Positions 10,752 to 21,094 are shown, numbered from the stretch's first letter. The stretch: DNA of 64,000 nt from Candidatus Thorarchaeota archaeon (GCA_048882045.1 JBHLRZ010000016.1:1-64000); one strand, 5' to 3'. The notes: generated by a model from the sequence alone, not told the origin. Program-made: numbers and translations.

Positions 10752-11363
10752 ATGGTAGATGAAAATCATGACTCCGAAGAGATGGCTGAAGAGATCATAG
10801 ATGCCATCGATGATGAAGCTGATTCGGATTTGGTCGATGGACTGTCCAAGAAGGAAAGGAAAATTGAGGAAGACCGTGGTTCAGAGCGCCAGCGGAAAGC
10901 ACAGGACCTGAGGAAACAACTCAGGAAGCGGCAACTTGGTCTTATCAATTATCGCTGGCCTGCAGCTGTTCTAATTCTTGGTGGTATAATGGCGATCATC
11001 TCTGAATTCCTAACGATAATGTATAGAGACCCTGCAGTAATTCCTCCTGAGGTTGGATTCGACAGCTTTTTGCAGGGATTCACACGTAATGGTGGAGTCA
11101 TCTTCATCTTCCCTATGCTTGCAGGAGCAATTATGTTGGTTCTCAGCTATTTCGCATACTCGAATCCTAAAAAAACATGGTTGGCAATCATTCCAGCAAT
11201 GATGCTGATGATGGCAGGTGGGACAATTTTCTTCTTAGTCACATTCGCAGTATCATTAGAACCATCTTACACTGGTTACATCTATGCTACACCCTCAGTG
11301 CTGACCACGATAATAGCAGGGGTTGTTGCGCTCCTTGCGATTGCTATGAGAGAAACCGAATAG
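10752..11363 (+). CDS. Hypothetical 4-TM protein with charged N-terminus
   Basis: Acidic and basic N-terminal region followed by four hydrophobic helices. Confidence 0.75.
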   Translation: MVDENHDSEEMAEEIIDAIDDEADSDLVDGLSKKERKIEEDRGSERQRKAQDLRKQLRKRQLGLINYRWPAAVLILGGIMAIISEFLTIMYRDPAVIPPEVGFDSFLQGFTRNGGVIFIFPMLAGAIMLVLSYFAYSNPKKTWLAIIPAMMLMMAGGTIFFLVTFAVSLEPSYTGYIYATPSVLTTIIAGVVALLAIAMRETE

Positions 11364-11933
11364 TCACTCGCTTAGAAATTCATCGAGTCGACCTTCCTCT
11401 TCCAAGAGGTTCATCCAGTCTATCCTCTCCGGAGTGGGAGTGTCATTCATGATAGAGTCTATTTTCTCTGCCGTCTCTGGCGCACTAAGTTCTGATGTGT
11501 CAACCTCGAAGACCTTTTTTTCACCAAAGGCATCGAGAGCATCGAGCTGACACACACCGAGTATCTCAGCTTCTACATTCTCAATGATTTTTTCCTTAGA
11601 GTATTTTCGTTTTGAGAGACGTGTCCTTAGAATTTCAGGATGAGTCCGAAGAAGGAACACCCACTGGACGGATCTACTAGGTACTAGATCAATATAGTGA
11701 CCCTCAATGACAAGACGTTTCGTTTTGTCTTCTGTCAGTTCAACAAGTACATCGACAAGACAGTCCTCATTGATTATCCCAGTCTTACGAATTTGGTCCT
11801 CAGCTGAAACGCAGCCTGATTCCTCAGCGAGCTCTCCGAGTCCTACTACCTCAACACTTAGCTTGCTGCCAAGAATCTTTGCTACAACAGTCTTACCTGT
11901 TCCAGGTGTTCCACCAACTAGTATCACTGACAT
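11364..11933 (-). CDS. Atypical adenylate kinase AK6/Fap7/hCINAP
   Basis: GTPGTGKT P-loop, LVIEGH, L..R.YS.EKI.ENVEAE; start re-assigned to the ATG at 11933. Confidence 0.9.
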   Translation of the reverse strand: MSVILVGGTPGTGKTVVAKILGSKLSVEVVGLGELAEESGCVSAEDQIRKTGIINEDCLVDVLVELTEDKTKRLVIEGHYIDLVPSRSVQWVFLLRTHPEILRTRLSKRKYSKEKIIENVEAEILGVCQLDALDAFGEKKVFEVDTSELSAPETAEKIDSIMNDTPTPERIDWMNLLEEEGRLDEFLSE

Positions 11934-12021
11934 GAGCTGATGGCCACACATGTTCAAGATAAGCGTTGAGAAGTAACCAATCCACTTGCATAAGTGATAA
12001 AAGAAGTTCAACAGTCTGCTT

Positions 12022-12537
12022 TTGGCAGCAATGAATGCCTCCTATACTCTTAGACTCTTCCAACCAGCAGACATCAAGGATGTAGTTTCAATCAATCAAC
12101 GTTGCCTGCCTGAGAACTATCCCGACCAGTTCTTTCTAGGACTCCATCACCATGCACCGAACGCGTTCTATGTTGCAGAATATGAGGGAGAGATAGTAGG
12201 ATACATCATGTGCAGAATCGAGAGGGGTATCTCTGGATTTGGGCGTTTACCAGTGAAGAAGGGTCATATTGTGTCAGTAGCAGTAGTTAGAACAATGAGG
12301 GAGAAGGGAGTTGGAACAGCCCTCATCAATGCTGCGATGGAGGGAATGAGTGACTATGGAGCTACTGAGTTTTTCCTAGAGGTCAGAAAGAGCAATGAGG
12401 CTGCAGTAAATGTCTATGAAAGTCTCGGATATAATGTTCGCAGAGTCCTGAGAGGGTATTACCGCGATGGTGAAGATGCATATCTGATGGTAAAGAAAAT
12501 AGATGGAGAGCCTGAGGAAGGTCTAGAGGATGAGTGA
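12022..12537 (+). CDS. ard1: Protein N-terminal acetyltransferase Ard1/Naa10 (RimI-like)
   Basis: CLPENY, VGYIMCRIE, GHIVSVAV, LEVRKSN, YYRDGEDAY. Confidence 0.9.
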   Translation: MAAMNASYTLRLFQPADIKDVVSINQRCLPENYPDQFFLGLHHHAPNAFYVAEYEGEIVGYIMCRIERGISGFGRLPVKKGHIVSVAVVRTMREKGVGTALINAAMEGMSDYGATEFFLEVRKSNEAAVNVYESLGYNVRRVLRGYYRDGEDAYLMVKKIDGEPEEGLEDE

Positions 12538-13438
12538 TTCAATCGATGTACCTCTGATACCCGAATGTTCAGCGTGTATTGTCAACAGCCTGAAAACAAT
12601 GATTCCACTCCTGACAAAAGACAAAGAGAAACAGTTTGACCTTTTCAATCTAGCATACAAACGTATCTCTGAGGGGTATGCGAAGAATCTTACACCGATA
12701 GTTCTATCAGTCACACTCTATCAGGAGCTCTATTCAAAGGGTAATCTAGACGATCCATACAAAGAGATCAAACAGCGAAGTACCAGAGCCGCTCAGATGG
12801 CTTTACCTCTCATAGAGGAGAGGATGAATAAGTACAAGGATGCAGAGTATTTCCGAGCATGTATTGCGGCATCAATTGCTGGTAATATCATTGACTTCAA
12901 CACTGCTGAACATACGCCAGACTTGGAAAGACTTGTAGATGTCTTTGGTGATGTGATGGAGCAAGGATTCGCCTTGGATGATTCAATCAAACTCTGGGAA
13001 ACCCTACAATCTCAACAAGGGAAATTGATGTTCCTTGCAGATAATGCAGGCGAAGTAATTCTCGATATTCCCCTACTGAAACTAATCAATAAGTTAGGTT
13101 GGGAGATCACCTTTGTGGTCAAAGGACAGGCGATGATCAACGATGTCACTTCTGAAGATGTCAAGGGAACTGAGATAGAAGAACTCACGACAATTGTCGA
13201 CAGTGGTGGTTGGGCTCATGGAGTTCCCATCGAGTTTGTCAGCCCACAGTTCCTCAGGCTTTTCAAAGAGAATGACCTAGTGATCTCAAAGGGGCAAGCT
13301 AACATTGAAACAGTTCCAGAGATTCAACAAAAGACAGGCGTTGAAACATACTATATAACCAAAGCCAAGTGCTCTCACATCTCTCAGGCAATCAGGGCAA
13401 AGAAGGGAGACAACGTCGTTTTGAGAAGACCTGCGTGA
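12530..13438 (+). CDS. DUF89/ARMT1-like damage-control phosphatase
   Basis: ECxxC, DPYKEIK, AGNIIDF, DNAGE, KGQAN, KC. Confidence 0.88.
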   Translation: MSDSIDVPLIPECSACIVNSLKTMIPLLTKDKEKQFDLFNLAYKRISEGYAKNLTPIVLSVTLYQELYSKGNLDDPYKEIKQRSTRAAQMALPLIEERMNKYKDAEYFRACIAASIAGNIIDFNTAEHTPDLERLVDVFGDVMEQGFALDDSIKLWETLQSQQGKLMFLADNAGEVILDIPLLKLINKLGWEITFVVKGQAMINDVTSEDVKGTEIEELTTIVDSGGWAHGVPIEFVSPQFLRLFKENDLVISKGQANIETVPEIQQKTGVETYYITKAKCSHISQAIRAKKGDNVVLRRPA

Positions 13439-13466
13439 ATCTGAGTTTTAGACATCTTTGACAAGC

Positions 13467-13567
13467 TTTAAAAACACAAATCAAGCAGAAAACGACAGGC
13501 TGTACAGCACGAAGTGCTTGTACACTTTTCACGATTGACAGCGACACTACATTATCGTGGAGCTGTC
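13467..13567 (+). promoter_or_regulatory. Thermosome promoter and leader: TATA-like TTTAAAAA, TGTACA-N12-TGTACA palindrome and a second hairpin
   Basis: TTTAAAAA at 13467-13474; TGTACAGCACGAAGTGCTTGTACA at 13501-13524; GACAGC / GCTGTC at 13537-13567. Confidence 0.5.
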
Positions 13568-13587
13568 TCACAATTGGAGGATTAAAC

Positions 13588-15225
13588 TTGAGTCAACAAG
13601 TACCGGTTATTGTGCTCAAAGAGGATACTGAGCGCACCCGTGGCCGTGATGCACAGAGAAACAATATCATGGCCGCTATTGTGATCGCTGAAGCAGTAAA
13701 GTCCGCCCTTGGACCCAAGGGTATGGACAAGATGCTCGTTGATGGCTTCGGCGACATCACCGTCAGCAACGACGGTGCTACGATTTTGAAAGAGATGGAT
13801 GTGGCCCATCCTGCAGCAAAAATGGTCATTGAGGTTGCAAAGACTGTTGATGCTGAGGTAGGAGATGGCACAACCACCGCAGCTGTTCTGACTGGAGATC
13901 TCCTGAAGCAGGCTGAAACACTTCTCGACCAGAAGATTCATCCGACCACTATCATCAGTGGATATAGAAAAGCAACTGAGAAGGCTCTTGAAGTCATTGA
14001 TGCTGTAGCTGAAAAGGTTGATCCAGCATCTCCTGAATACAAGAAGATCTTGATTGATGTTGCCAAGACTTCTATGTCTAGCAAGTTCGTTTCGACATAT
14101 AGAGATCCTCTTGCAAAGATTGTTGTTGATGCAGTACTGGCTATTGCAAAAGACCTTCCGAAAGATGAGGAGCTGAACATCGAGAACATCCCTCGTCAGA
14201 AACAAGAGGGAATGACCGTTGACAGAACAGAACTTGTCAAGGGACTTGTCCTGGACAAAGAGGTTGTTCATGCCGGAATGCCAAAGAGGGTCGAAGGAGC
14301 CAAGATTGCACTCCTAGAGTCAGCCTTGGAGGTCACAAAGACCGAGTTCGATGCAAAGATTTCGATCACAGATCCCTCAGCAATGCAAAGCTTCCTTGAT
14401 GAAGAGGAACGCATGTTGAGAGACATGGTCGACAAGATTGTCGAGGCTGGAGCAAATGTTGTTATCGCACAGAAGGGAATTGATGACGTTGTTCAGCATT
14501 ATCTCGCGAAGAACAACATCCTTGCAGTCAGGAGAATCAAGAAGTCTGACGTGGAGAGAATCCACAAGACCACAGGAGCAACAATAGTTTCCAAGATTCA
14601 GAACCTGACAGCATCCGATCTTGGTAAAGCCAAGCTGGTCGAGCAGAGAGAGGTTGCCGACGACAAGATGCTCTTCATTGAAGGTACACCAAAGTCGAGC
14701 GTTGTAACATTGCTTGTCAGGGGAGGCACAGACCACATCGTGGATGAAGTGGACCGTGCTCTAAATGATGCACTTTATGTTGTCAGAGATGTTCTAATCC
14801 ATCCCGCAGTGACCTACGGAGGTGGCGCTCTTGCATCAGAGATCGCAAAGCAACTGAGAGACTACGCAGACACTCTTGAGGGTCGTGAGCAGTATGCAGT
14901 AAATGCATATGCAGATGCTGTTGAATCACTACCTAATACCCTTGCTGAAAATGCTGGACTTGATCCTATCGATGTGATTGTCGATCTGAGAAAAGCACAC
15001 ACAGAGGGTAAGATTCATCACGGGATTGAAATCACCAAAGGCAAGGTTGCAGACATGAAGCAGGCTAGAGTTGTTGAATCTGCTATGGTCAACAAGCAAA
15101 TAGTCATGTCAGCAGCTGAAGCAGCTCAGATGATACTCAAGATAGACGACGTCATCAGCTCCCGCGGAGGAGGAATGCCTGACATGGGCGGTGGTCCTGG
15201 CGGAGACCTAGGTGACGACGAATAG
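13588..15225 (+). CDS. ths: Thermosome (group II chaperonin) subunit
   Basis: [25 protein letters not shown] tail; TTG start after GGAGG. Confidence 0.97.
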   Translation: MSQQVPVIVLKEDTERTRGRDAQRNNIMAAIVIAEAVKSALGPKGMDKMLVDGFGDITVSNDGATILKEMDVAHPAAKMVIEVAKTVDAEVGDGTTTAAVLTGDLLKQAETLLDQKIHPTTIISGYRKATEKALEVIDAVAEKVDPASPEYKKILIDVAKTSMSSKFVSTYRDPLAKIVVDAVLAIAKDLPKDEELNIENIPRQKQEGMTVDRTELVKGLVLDKEVVHAGMPKRVEGAKIALLESALEVTKTEFDAKISITDPSAMQSFLDEEERMLRDMVDKIVEAGANVVIAQKGIDDVVQHYLAKNNILAVRRIKKSDVERIHKTTGATIVSKIQNLTASDLGKAKLVEQREVADDKMLFIEGTPKSSVVTLLVRGGTDHIVDEVDRALNDALYVVRDVLIHPAVTYGGGALASEIAKQLRDYADTLEGREQYAVNAYADAVESLPNTLAENAGLDPIDVIVDLRKAHTEGKIHHGIEITKGKVADMKQARVVESAMVNKQIVMSAAEAAQMILKIDDVISSRGGGMPDMGGGPGGDLGDDE

Positions 15226-15261
15226 AAAGAGTCAAACGTAGTTTAGAATCAGGTGAAGCTC

Positions 15262-15945
15262 ATGTCAGAAGACTCTGAACCAAAGGAAAATGGGTCCGAA
15301 GAGGAAAATGCTGAAGAACCCACTACAACCATCGAGGAAGGAGTTGCTTTGTTGACCAACATCGCTGGTGTTGGACCAAAGACAGCTGAGAAGCTTATAG
15401 CAGCAGGATACAACTCACTCGAGAATGTTACCACAGCAGACAAGGAAGAGCTTGCAGCTGCAGTTGCTGGTCTTAGTGTTTCAAAAGCAGAAGCAATTAT
15501 TGTTGAAGCTGAGGATGTCCTCGAGAAGGTGAAGGCCGGAGTCCTAGATCTGAGTGGAAAGGCTAAGTCAAAGCGAAAGAAGGCTCCTGAACCTGAGCCC
15601 GACCGTCATGAGCTTGCTCCATTGGAAGCAGTCGACAAGGCTGAAACACGCAAGAAGCTCGTCACCGGGTACGATAAGGAAAAGGAAGAGATGGGAATTC
15701 CTGTCGGTCCAAAGTGGCTGACCAAATTCGAGAAAGCCAGGATAATTGGAGCGCGAGCGCTTCAGGTTTCAATGGGTGCACCAGTACTTATCGACATTAA
15801 GAATGCACCTAAGGGACGGTTCGGATTTGCTGAAGCTGAACTGAAGTCAGGAGCACTCCCCATGACTGTCCGACGAACTCTTCCAACAGGAGAGTCCTTT
15901 GACATCCCACTATCGATTCTTCTAAAGAACACAAGGTTGGACTAG
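15262..15945 (+). CDS. rpo6: RNA polymerase subunit Rpo6/K with N-terminal acidic tail and (HhH)2 domain
   Basis: C-terminal LTKFEKARIIGARALQVSMGAP...LPMTVRRTLP; N-terminal IAGVGPKTAEKL...VAGLSVSKAEAI. Confidence 0.92.
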   Translation: MSEDSEPKENGSEEENAEEPTTTIEEGVALLTNIAGVGPKTAEKLIAAGYNSLENVTTADKEELAAAVAGLSVSKAEAIIVEAEDVLEKVKAGVLDLSGKAKSKRKKAPEPEPDRHELAPLEAVDKAETRKKLVTGYDKEKEEMGIPVGPKWLTKFEKARIIGARALQVSMGAPVLIDIKNAPKGRFGFAEAELKSGALPMTVRRTLPTGESFDIPLSILLKNTRLD

Positions 15946-15970
15946 TTCCAACCTCTCCTTTTCTTTTCTC
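15934..15970 (+). terminator. Hairpin plus U-tract terminator of ths-rpo6
   Basis: AGGTTGGA / TCCAACCT stem spanning the stop codon, then CCTTTTCTTTTCT. Confidence 0.6.
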
Positions 15971-16046
15971 TATACGAGATTTGTGCAATCATACGACGCC
16001 TTAAAAGAGGCGACTTGTAGATAATTAATTCCTAGTGGTGGTTAAA

Positions 16047-17366
16047 ATGCAGGCGTATCTCCCCAGTGCGGATCTAATTATCAAAATACTACTAGGGTTT
16101 GTCGTTGGAGCCCTCATTGGACTTGAACGACAAAAGAAGATACAGTCCGAGAGGGTTGCTGGAGTCCGTTCCTTTGGTCTGCATAGCCTCTTTGGTACTC
16201 TTGCTGCCTATTCCTACCAAATACTCAGTGAACCAGTGATTCTTGTCTATGCTATCGTAATTTCAGGAATCCTTGTGACAACACAAATCTACTACAAGAT
16301 GTTCAGGACTATGGGGAAGGGGCTAACAACACCACTTGTGTTTGCAATCTCATTTGTTCTCGGGATTATTGTAGGTCTTGATACTCCTCCAGTGGGTCAA
16401 CTTGTAGGCACACTTGGCGTCTTTGCAATGACCGTTTCATTTGGGGTGTTCCTTGTTCTCAGCTTCAAGGAGGAACTAGCTCATGCTGTTGAAGTAATTA
16501 CCAGAGATGAGATGATCAGTGCTGTAGAATTGGGAGTCATCATTCTATTCCTATGGCCAATACTTCCACAGACTGTTCAAATAGGTCCTGTTGTGTTTCC
16601 AGCGTTTCAGACATACTTACTCATTGTCATACTTCTGATAGTGAGTTTTGTGAACTATATCTTAGTCAAGAAATACAAGGACAGGGGTGTCTACTTCTTT
16701 GGACTGTTCGGAGGACTAGCCAATAGTGAGGCTACGGTTTCTAGTGTGACAGACTTCTATGTCAAAACCGAGAGGAAAGGTCTTGGAAGGATTAGTGGGT
16801 CAATACTATTTGCAAATGTAGCAATGGTTCTAAGAAACGGATTCCTACTTCTACTCATTGATAACACATTGCTGTTGCTACGTCTCTACCTAATACCAAT
16901 CTGCATCATGCTAATCATCAGTGTGATGAAGCTAGTCATTGAGAGTAGAAAAGAGGATCACAAGAGTGAGCCTATGTTCGATACTCGGTTAGTTTCTCCA
17001 TTCGAGTTTGGACCAGCATTGAGGTTCGGAGCGATATTCGTTGCAGTCTATCTGACTCAACTCTTTTTCACAGAGTTCTATAGTGATGCCGGTCTTGTTC
17101 TGGCAGCAATCATCGGTGGATTTGTTTCGGCTGGAGCTGTAGTTGCTAGCTCAGCAAGTCTCTTTATAGCTGGAGAGGTCAGTCTTTCAGTCGCAGCGAA
17201 TGCTGTTATTCTCACTACTATAGTTTCAGTTCTGAACAAGATGATCTACGTTTATTTCGCAGACCGCGAAACCACACTTCTTAGATCGGTTGCTCGAGAT
17301 TCTGTAGTCGTAGCAGTTGCCATTTTCCTCTACCTCATTCTGCTATCACTCGGACTTATAGCCTAG
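16047..17366 (+). CDS. MgtC/SapB-DUF4010 family membrane protein
   Basis: GALIGLERQ, AGVRSF, GGLANSEAT, SPFEFGPALRFG; many TM helices. Confidence 0.85.
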   Translation: MQAYLPSADLIIKILLGFVVGALIGLERQKKIQSERVAGVRSFGLHSLFGTLAAYSYQILSEPVILVYAIVISGILVTTQIYYKMFRTMGKGLTTPLVFAISFVLGIIVGLDTPPVGQLVGTLGVFAMTVSFGVFLVLSFKEELAHAVEVITRDEMISAVELGVIILFLWPILPQTVQIGPVVFPAFQTYLLIVILLIVSFVNYILVKKYKDRGVYFFGLFGGLANSEATVSSVTDFYVKTERKGLGRISGSILFANVAMVLRNGFLLLLIDNTLLLLRLYLIPICIMLIISVMKLVIESRKEDHKSEPMFDTRLVSPFEFGPALRFGAIFVAVYLTQLFFTEFYSDAGLVLAAIIGGFVSAGAVVASSASLFIAGEVSLSVAANAVILTTIVSVLNKMIYVYFADRETTLLRSVARDSVVVAVAIFLYLILLSLGLIA

Positions 17367-17511
17367 GTCCAACACAACACTTAAAGAAGAAACGACCAGA
17401 CTCCATGTTGGTGACCAATGTGACAGGTGAATTTGTTCATCCAAATGAATAGCCTTAGTGCAACCACCGTCACCTCTTCTCGTTACCAATTTGTTTTCTG
17501 GAGGAATCAAG

Positions 17512-18822
17512 ATGAGTGAGATGAGAACAGTCAGAGGTATGAGAGACCTCATGGGTCAAGAGATGCAGGTCAAGAATTACCTCATGGCTATAGCTGTGGA
17601 AATCTTTGAACAGTATGGCTACGAACCCCTAGATTCACCAGTAATGGAACTCTGGGAAACATTGTCAGCAAAAGGTGGAGAAGAGGTCGAGGAGCAAACT
17701 TTCAAGTTCTTAGACAAGGGAAACCGAGAGGTCGGTCTTAGATTTGACCTTACTGTCCCCCTTGCACGAATAGTGGCAACAAATCTACATCTGCCCAAGC
17801 CATTCAAGCGCTATGCACTCGGTAAAGCATGGAGATATGATCGACCTCAAGCTGGTCGCTATCGAGAGTTTGAGCAGGCTGATGTGGATGTCATCGGCTC
17901 AGAGAGTCCAGCGGCGGACGCAGAGGTCGTCCTTATCGCCATAGAGTTCCTTCGTAGAGTTCTTGGTGAAGACTATCTAATTCAAATCAACAATCGAAAG
18001 GTTCTCCGTGGAATGACTGAGAAAGCTGGTGTTCCTGAAAACCAAGCTTTCGAGTGCTTTAGAGCGATTGACAAACTGGATAAGATTGGGCGAGATGGAG
18101 TCTTGAAAGAACTGCAGGAGAGAGGTATAGATCCTAAGCAGAGTGCATTTCTCATCGATGCAATCGCCATCAAAGGTAGTGGAACTGAAACCCTACAGAG
18201 GTTCAGAAACCTCTTGAAGGGATCAGAGATAGGAAATGAAGGCGTCGATGAACTGTCCCTCATGGCAGAAATCTTCGAAGAGAGTGGAGTAGGCGAACTA
18301 GTAGAATTTGACATGTCACTCGCAAGGGGATTAGACTATTACACCGGTCCAGTGTTCGAAGGAAGATATCTTGGGAAACCAGCCGTCGGTGCCATCCTTG
18401 GAGGTGGTCGATACGACCGTCTTATAGAGAAGTTCGGAGGTCAGGAAACTGCAGCCACGGGCATCTCATTGGGAATTGGACGACTTATTGAAGTAGTAAT
18501 AGCTCGTGGCGGAGCAAAAGACTTGACAAAACCTCTCGACGTCTTTATCGCACCTATCAAGAGACCAATGTTGCGATATGCCGCCGCACTCCAGACCGAC
18601 TTGATTAGGAATGGGATTTCATGTGAAGTTGATTTGATGGAAAGACCCCTGAAAAAGCTCCTCCAACAAGCAGACACAAAGAATGCAAGATTCACTGTGA
18701 TTGTTGGAGAGAGGGATATAGCGAAAGGCGAGGTAAGTGTGCGAAACATGTCTACGAAAGAAACAGACCAAGTCAAGTTGAATAACCTCACATCTTACAT
18801 ACTAGAAAAATCTCAATCTTAG
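17512..18822 (+). CDS. hisS: Histidyl-tRNA synthetase
   Basis: RGMRD, LRFDLTVPLAR, GRYREFEQ, ARGLDYYTG, GGGRYD and anticodon-binding domain; ATG at 17512 after GGAGG. Confidence 0.97.
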   Translation: MSEMRTVRGMRDLMGQEMQVKNYLMAIAVEIFEQYGYEPLDSPVMELWETLSAKGGEEVEEQTFKFLDKGNREVGLRFDLTVPLARIVATNLHLPKPFKRYALGKAWRYDRPQAGRYREFEQADVDVIGSESPAADAEVVLIAIEFLRRVLGEDYLIQINNRKVLRGMTEKAGVPENQAFECFRAIDKLDKIGRDGVLKELQERGIDPKQSAFLIDAIAIKGSGTETLQRFRNLLKGSEIGNEGVDELSLMAEIFEESGVGELVEFDMSLARGLDYYTGPVFEGRYLGKPAVGAILGGGRYDRLIEKFGGQETAATGISLGIGRLIEVVIARGGAKDLTKPLDVFIAPIKRPMLRYAAALQTDLIRNGISCEVDLMERPLKKLLQQADTKNARFTVIVGERDIAKGEVSVRNMSTKETDQVKLNNLTSYILEKSQS

Positions 18823-18908
18823 TTCTAGAGGGGAGGTTTCTCTGACTCAAAGGGTTGAGGAGACCAAATCCTTTTCTCATAGTTTGTGATAGATTCTCTG
18901 GGATTGCC

Positions 18909-19748
18909 ATGGTTCGAATGCCTGTACGAGCTGGAAGCTTCTATGAAGGGCAAGAAGATTTGCTACTTGAGAGAATCAGGAACTGTTTCTTGGGGCCATT
19001 AGGACCTGGAAAACTCCCTGAAGGAGAACCCGGATCGACCAGGTCTATAAAAGCAGTTGTCAGTCCACATGCTGGCTACATGTATTCAGGAATGCCTGCT
19101 GCTCATTCATATCTCAAGATTTTCGAAGACGGGATACCTGAACACATTGTAGTTTTAGGTCCAAATCATACAGGAATGGGTGCTAGACTTGCGGTTTGCA
19201 ATGAAGACTGGCAGACTCCGTTAGGAACAATTGGATTCGATGGAGTGCTAGGAGCAGCCATAGTTGAAGAAGACCAATTTGCATCGAACGACTGCATCGC
19301 TCATAGTAACGAGCATTCAATTGAAGTGCAGGTCCCCTTCATGCAATACACATTTGGACCCGGGGTGCCATTCGTACCAATTTGTGTTTCAGACCAGTCT
19401 TACGCAGTGTGTGAGTCAATTGGGATGACCTTGGCCCGACTTGCGGAAGAGATGGACATTCTAGTTATTGCAAGCTCAGACTTCACGCACTTTGAGTCAG
19501 CCGAGAGTGCAAGAAAGAAAGACAACCAGGCATTGGAGTATCTTGAGTTTCTGGATCCTGAAGGATTCTTGTCATTTGTGCAGGGGCATCGAGTTAGTAT
19601 CTGTGGTGCAGGACCAATTGCAGCAGCTATGGTCTTTGCGAAAGAGAGAGGTGCAACTCAGTTCAAGTTGTTGAAGTACACGACCTCGGGAGACATTACA
19701 GACGACAACTCAAGTGTTGTTGCGTATGTAGCTGCAACTATAGCTTAG
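18909..19748 (+). CDS. amrB: MEMO1 family protein (AmmeMemoRadiSam protein B)
   Basis: AGSFY, PHAGYMYSG, GPNH, EHSIEVQVPF, SSDFTH, SICG, VVAY. Confidence 0.93.
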   Translation: MVRMPVRAGSFYEGQEDLLLERIRNCFLGPLGPGKLPEGEPGSTRSIKAVVSPHAGYMYSGMPAAHSYLKIFEDGIPEHIVVLGPNHTGMGARLAVCNEDWQTPLGTIGFDGVLGAAIVEEDQFASNDCIAHSNEHSIEVQVPFMQYTFGPGVPFVPICVSDQSYAVCESIGMTLARLAEEMDILVIASSDFTHFESAESARKKDNQALEYLEFLDPEGFLSFVQGHRVSICGAGPIAAAMVFAKERGATQFKLLKYTTSGDITDDNSSVVAYVAATIA

Positions 19749-19776
19749 ATCAGTCGGATCCTACAAGTTCGATTTG

Positions 19777-21030
19777 TTAATCAGTCACACATGTTTCTTC
19801 GCTTGAACTGCCTGGAAGCAACACAGCAGCTACGACACCTCCTGCGACTGAAACACCACCAGCAATCGCAAGGCTCAAGGCTGCAGTACCAGTTTCATCA
19901 AATATGTAACCACCGATAAGCGGACTGACGGCATAGGCGCTGTTACTTACAGCTCCGAACACACCCATCATGACTCCATACGCACTTGGGTCTGTCACAT
20001 CTGCAATCAACGCTTGGATTGCTGGACCCCGCATGGACATCCCAATTGACAGTACGATTCCTGCAATCAGAAGGTCGATAGTTGTCTGTGCTAAGATGAA
20101 CATACCCATGGCTCCAGCACCAATCATTGCTCCAATCACAATGAGCCACTTACGACCTCGTATGTCCGAGAGTTTCCCGAATCCAACATTACCAATCATC
20201 ATTGATATACCAATGACTCCAAAGAAAAGACCGATCTCATATGGTTCTAAGCCGATGTTAATCACAGCATCAAGCATGAAAGCGACTTCCAATATTCCCA
20301 TGGCAAACATGTTTGCGAACATGGCAACACCAAGAGCTCCATAGCAAGCACGAGCTCGATTAACTATCTCACGTATTGGAATCTTAGGTGTGACTTTCTT
20401 GATTGTCTTTTTAACTGGCTCTTCAACTAAGATATATAGAAGGACCATTGTAAGGAGTGTCGCAATCCCAGCTAGAATGAATGGCACCCTAATACCTAGA
20501 AATTGTGCGAGAAATCCACCAAGTGCGGGACCTACTACGAAACCCACCATGTTACCCATTGAGAGATAGCCCATTGCAGTACCTCTATTCTTTGGAGTAG
20601 TTACGTCTGAAACAAGAGCATTAGCTGCAGGAAAGAAACCTGCAGAAACTGCACCTTCCACAGAACGGGCTCCAATCATTACGATGACATCGTATGCGTA
20701 AGCATATACAATGTTCGAGAAAGCAAATCCCAGAAGAGCTACTATCAAGACAGGTTTTCTACCCACTCTGTCTGAAAGCCGTCCTAAAGGTCCAGCCAGG
20801 ATAATTCGTGCGATGGCAAACGAAGCAGCAAGAACTCCAAGTTCAATACCGGCCATTCCCATAGATTCAATGTAATAGGGAAAGATTGGGGCAACAAGAC
20901 CAAAACCGATTTGCAGGATACTGAGTGATATCGCTAACATCCATACCTGATACATTCCACCAGACTTCTCGTTAGTATCAATATCGAGTCCACCAATCAC
21001 TGGCGCTGCAACTTCGGTTTCAGGGTCCAT
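19777..21030 (-). CDS. MFS transporter (DHA1-like)
   Basis: GRLSDRVGRK and GKLSDIRGRK motif A; about 12 TM. Confidence 0.92.
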   Translation of the reverse strand: MDPETEVAAPVIGGLDIDTNEKSGGMYQVWMLAISLSILQIGFGLVAPIFPYYIESMGMAGIELGVLAASFAIARIILAGPLGRLSDRVGRKPVLIVALLGFAFSNIVYAYAYDVIVMIGARSVEGAVSAGFFPAANALVSDVTTPKNRGTAMGYLSMGNMVGFVVGPALGGFLAQFLGIRVPFILAGIATLLTMVLLYILVEEPVKKTIKKVTPKIPIREIVNRARACYGALGVAMFANMFAMGILEVAFMLDAVINIGLEPYEIGLFFGVIGISMMIGNVGFGKLSDIRGRKWLIVIGAMIGAGAMGMFILAQTTIDLLIAGIVLSIGMSMRGPAIQALIADVTDPSAYGVMMGVFGAVSNSAYAVSPLIGGYIFDETGTAALSLAIAGGVSVAGGVVAAVLLPGSSSEETCVTD

Positions 21031-21094
21031 TAGGTTTTCACTCTAAGTTTCGCAAGACCTTAGCCTTTTCAAGCTTCGCAATAAGGATAGCAAA

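Noticed and set aside
13537-13567. Hairpin with tandem GA/GA as a SECIS element
   Set aside because: It lacks the AUGA core and apical AA, and no neighbouring ORF has an in-frame UGA to recode
13582-14271. Long antisense ORFs over the thermosome gene, and similar ones over cdc48 and the longin genes
   Set aside because: Shadow ORFs opposite well-supported genes, with no recognisable motifs
17400-17500. Canonical T-box riboswitch upstream of hisS
   Set aside because: No GGUGGNACC antiterminator consensus or terminator U-tract; kept only as a generic structured leader
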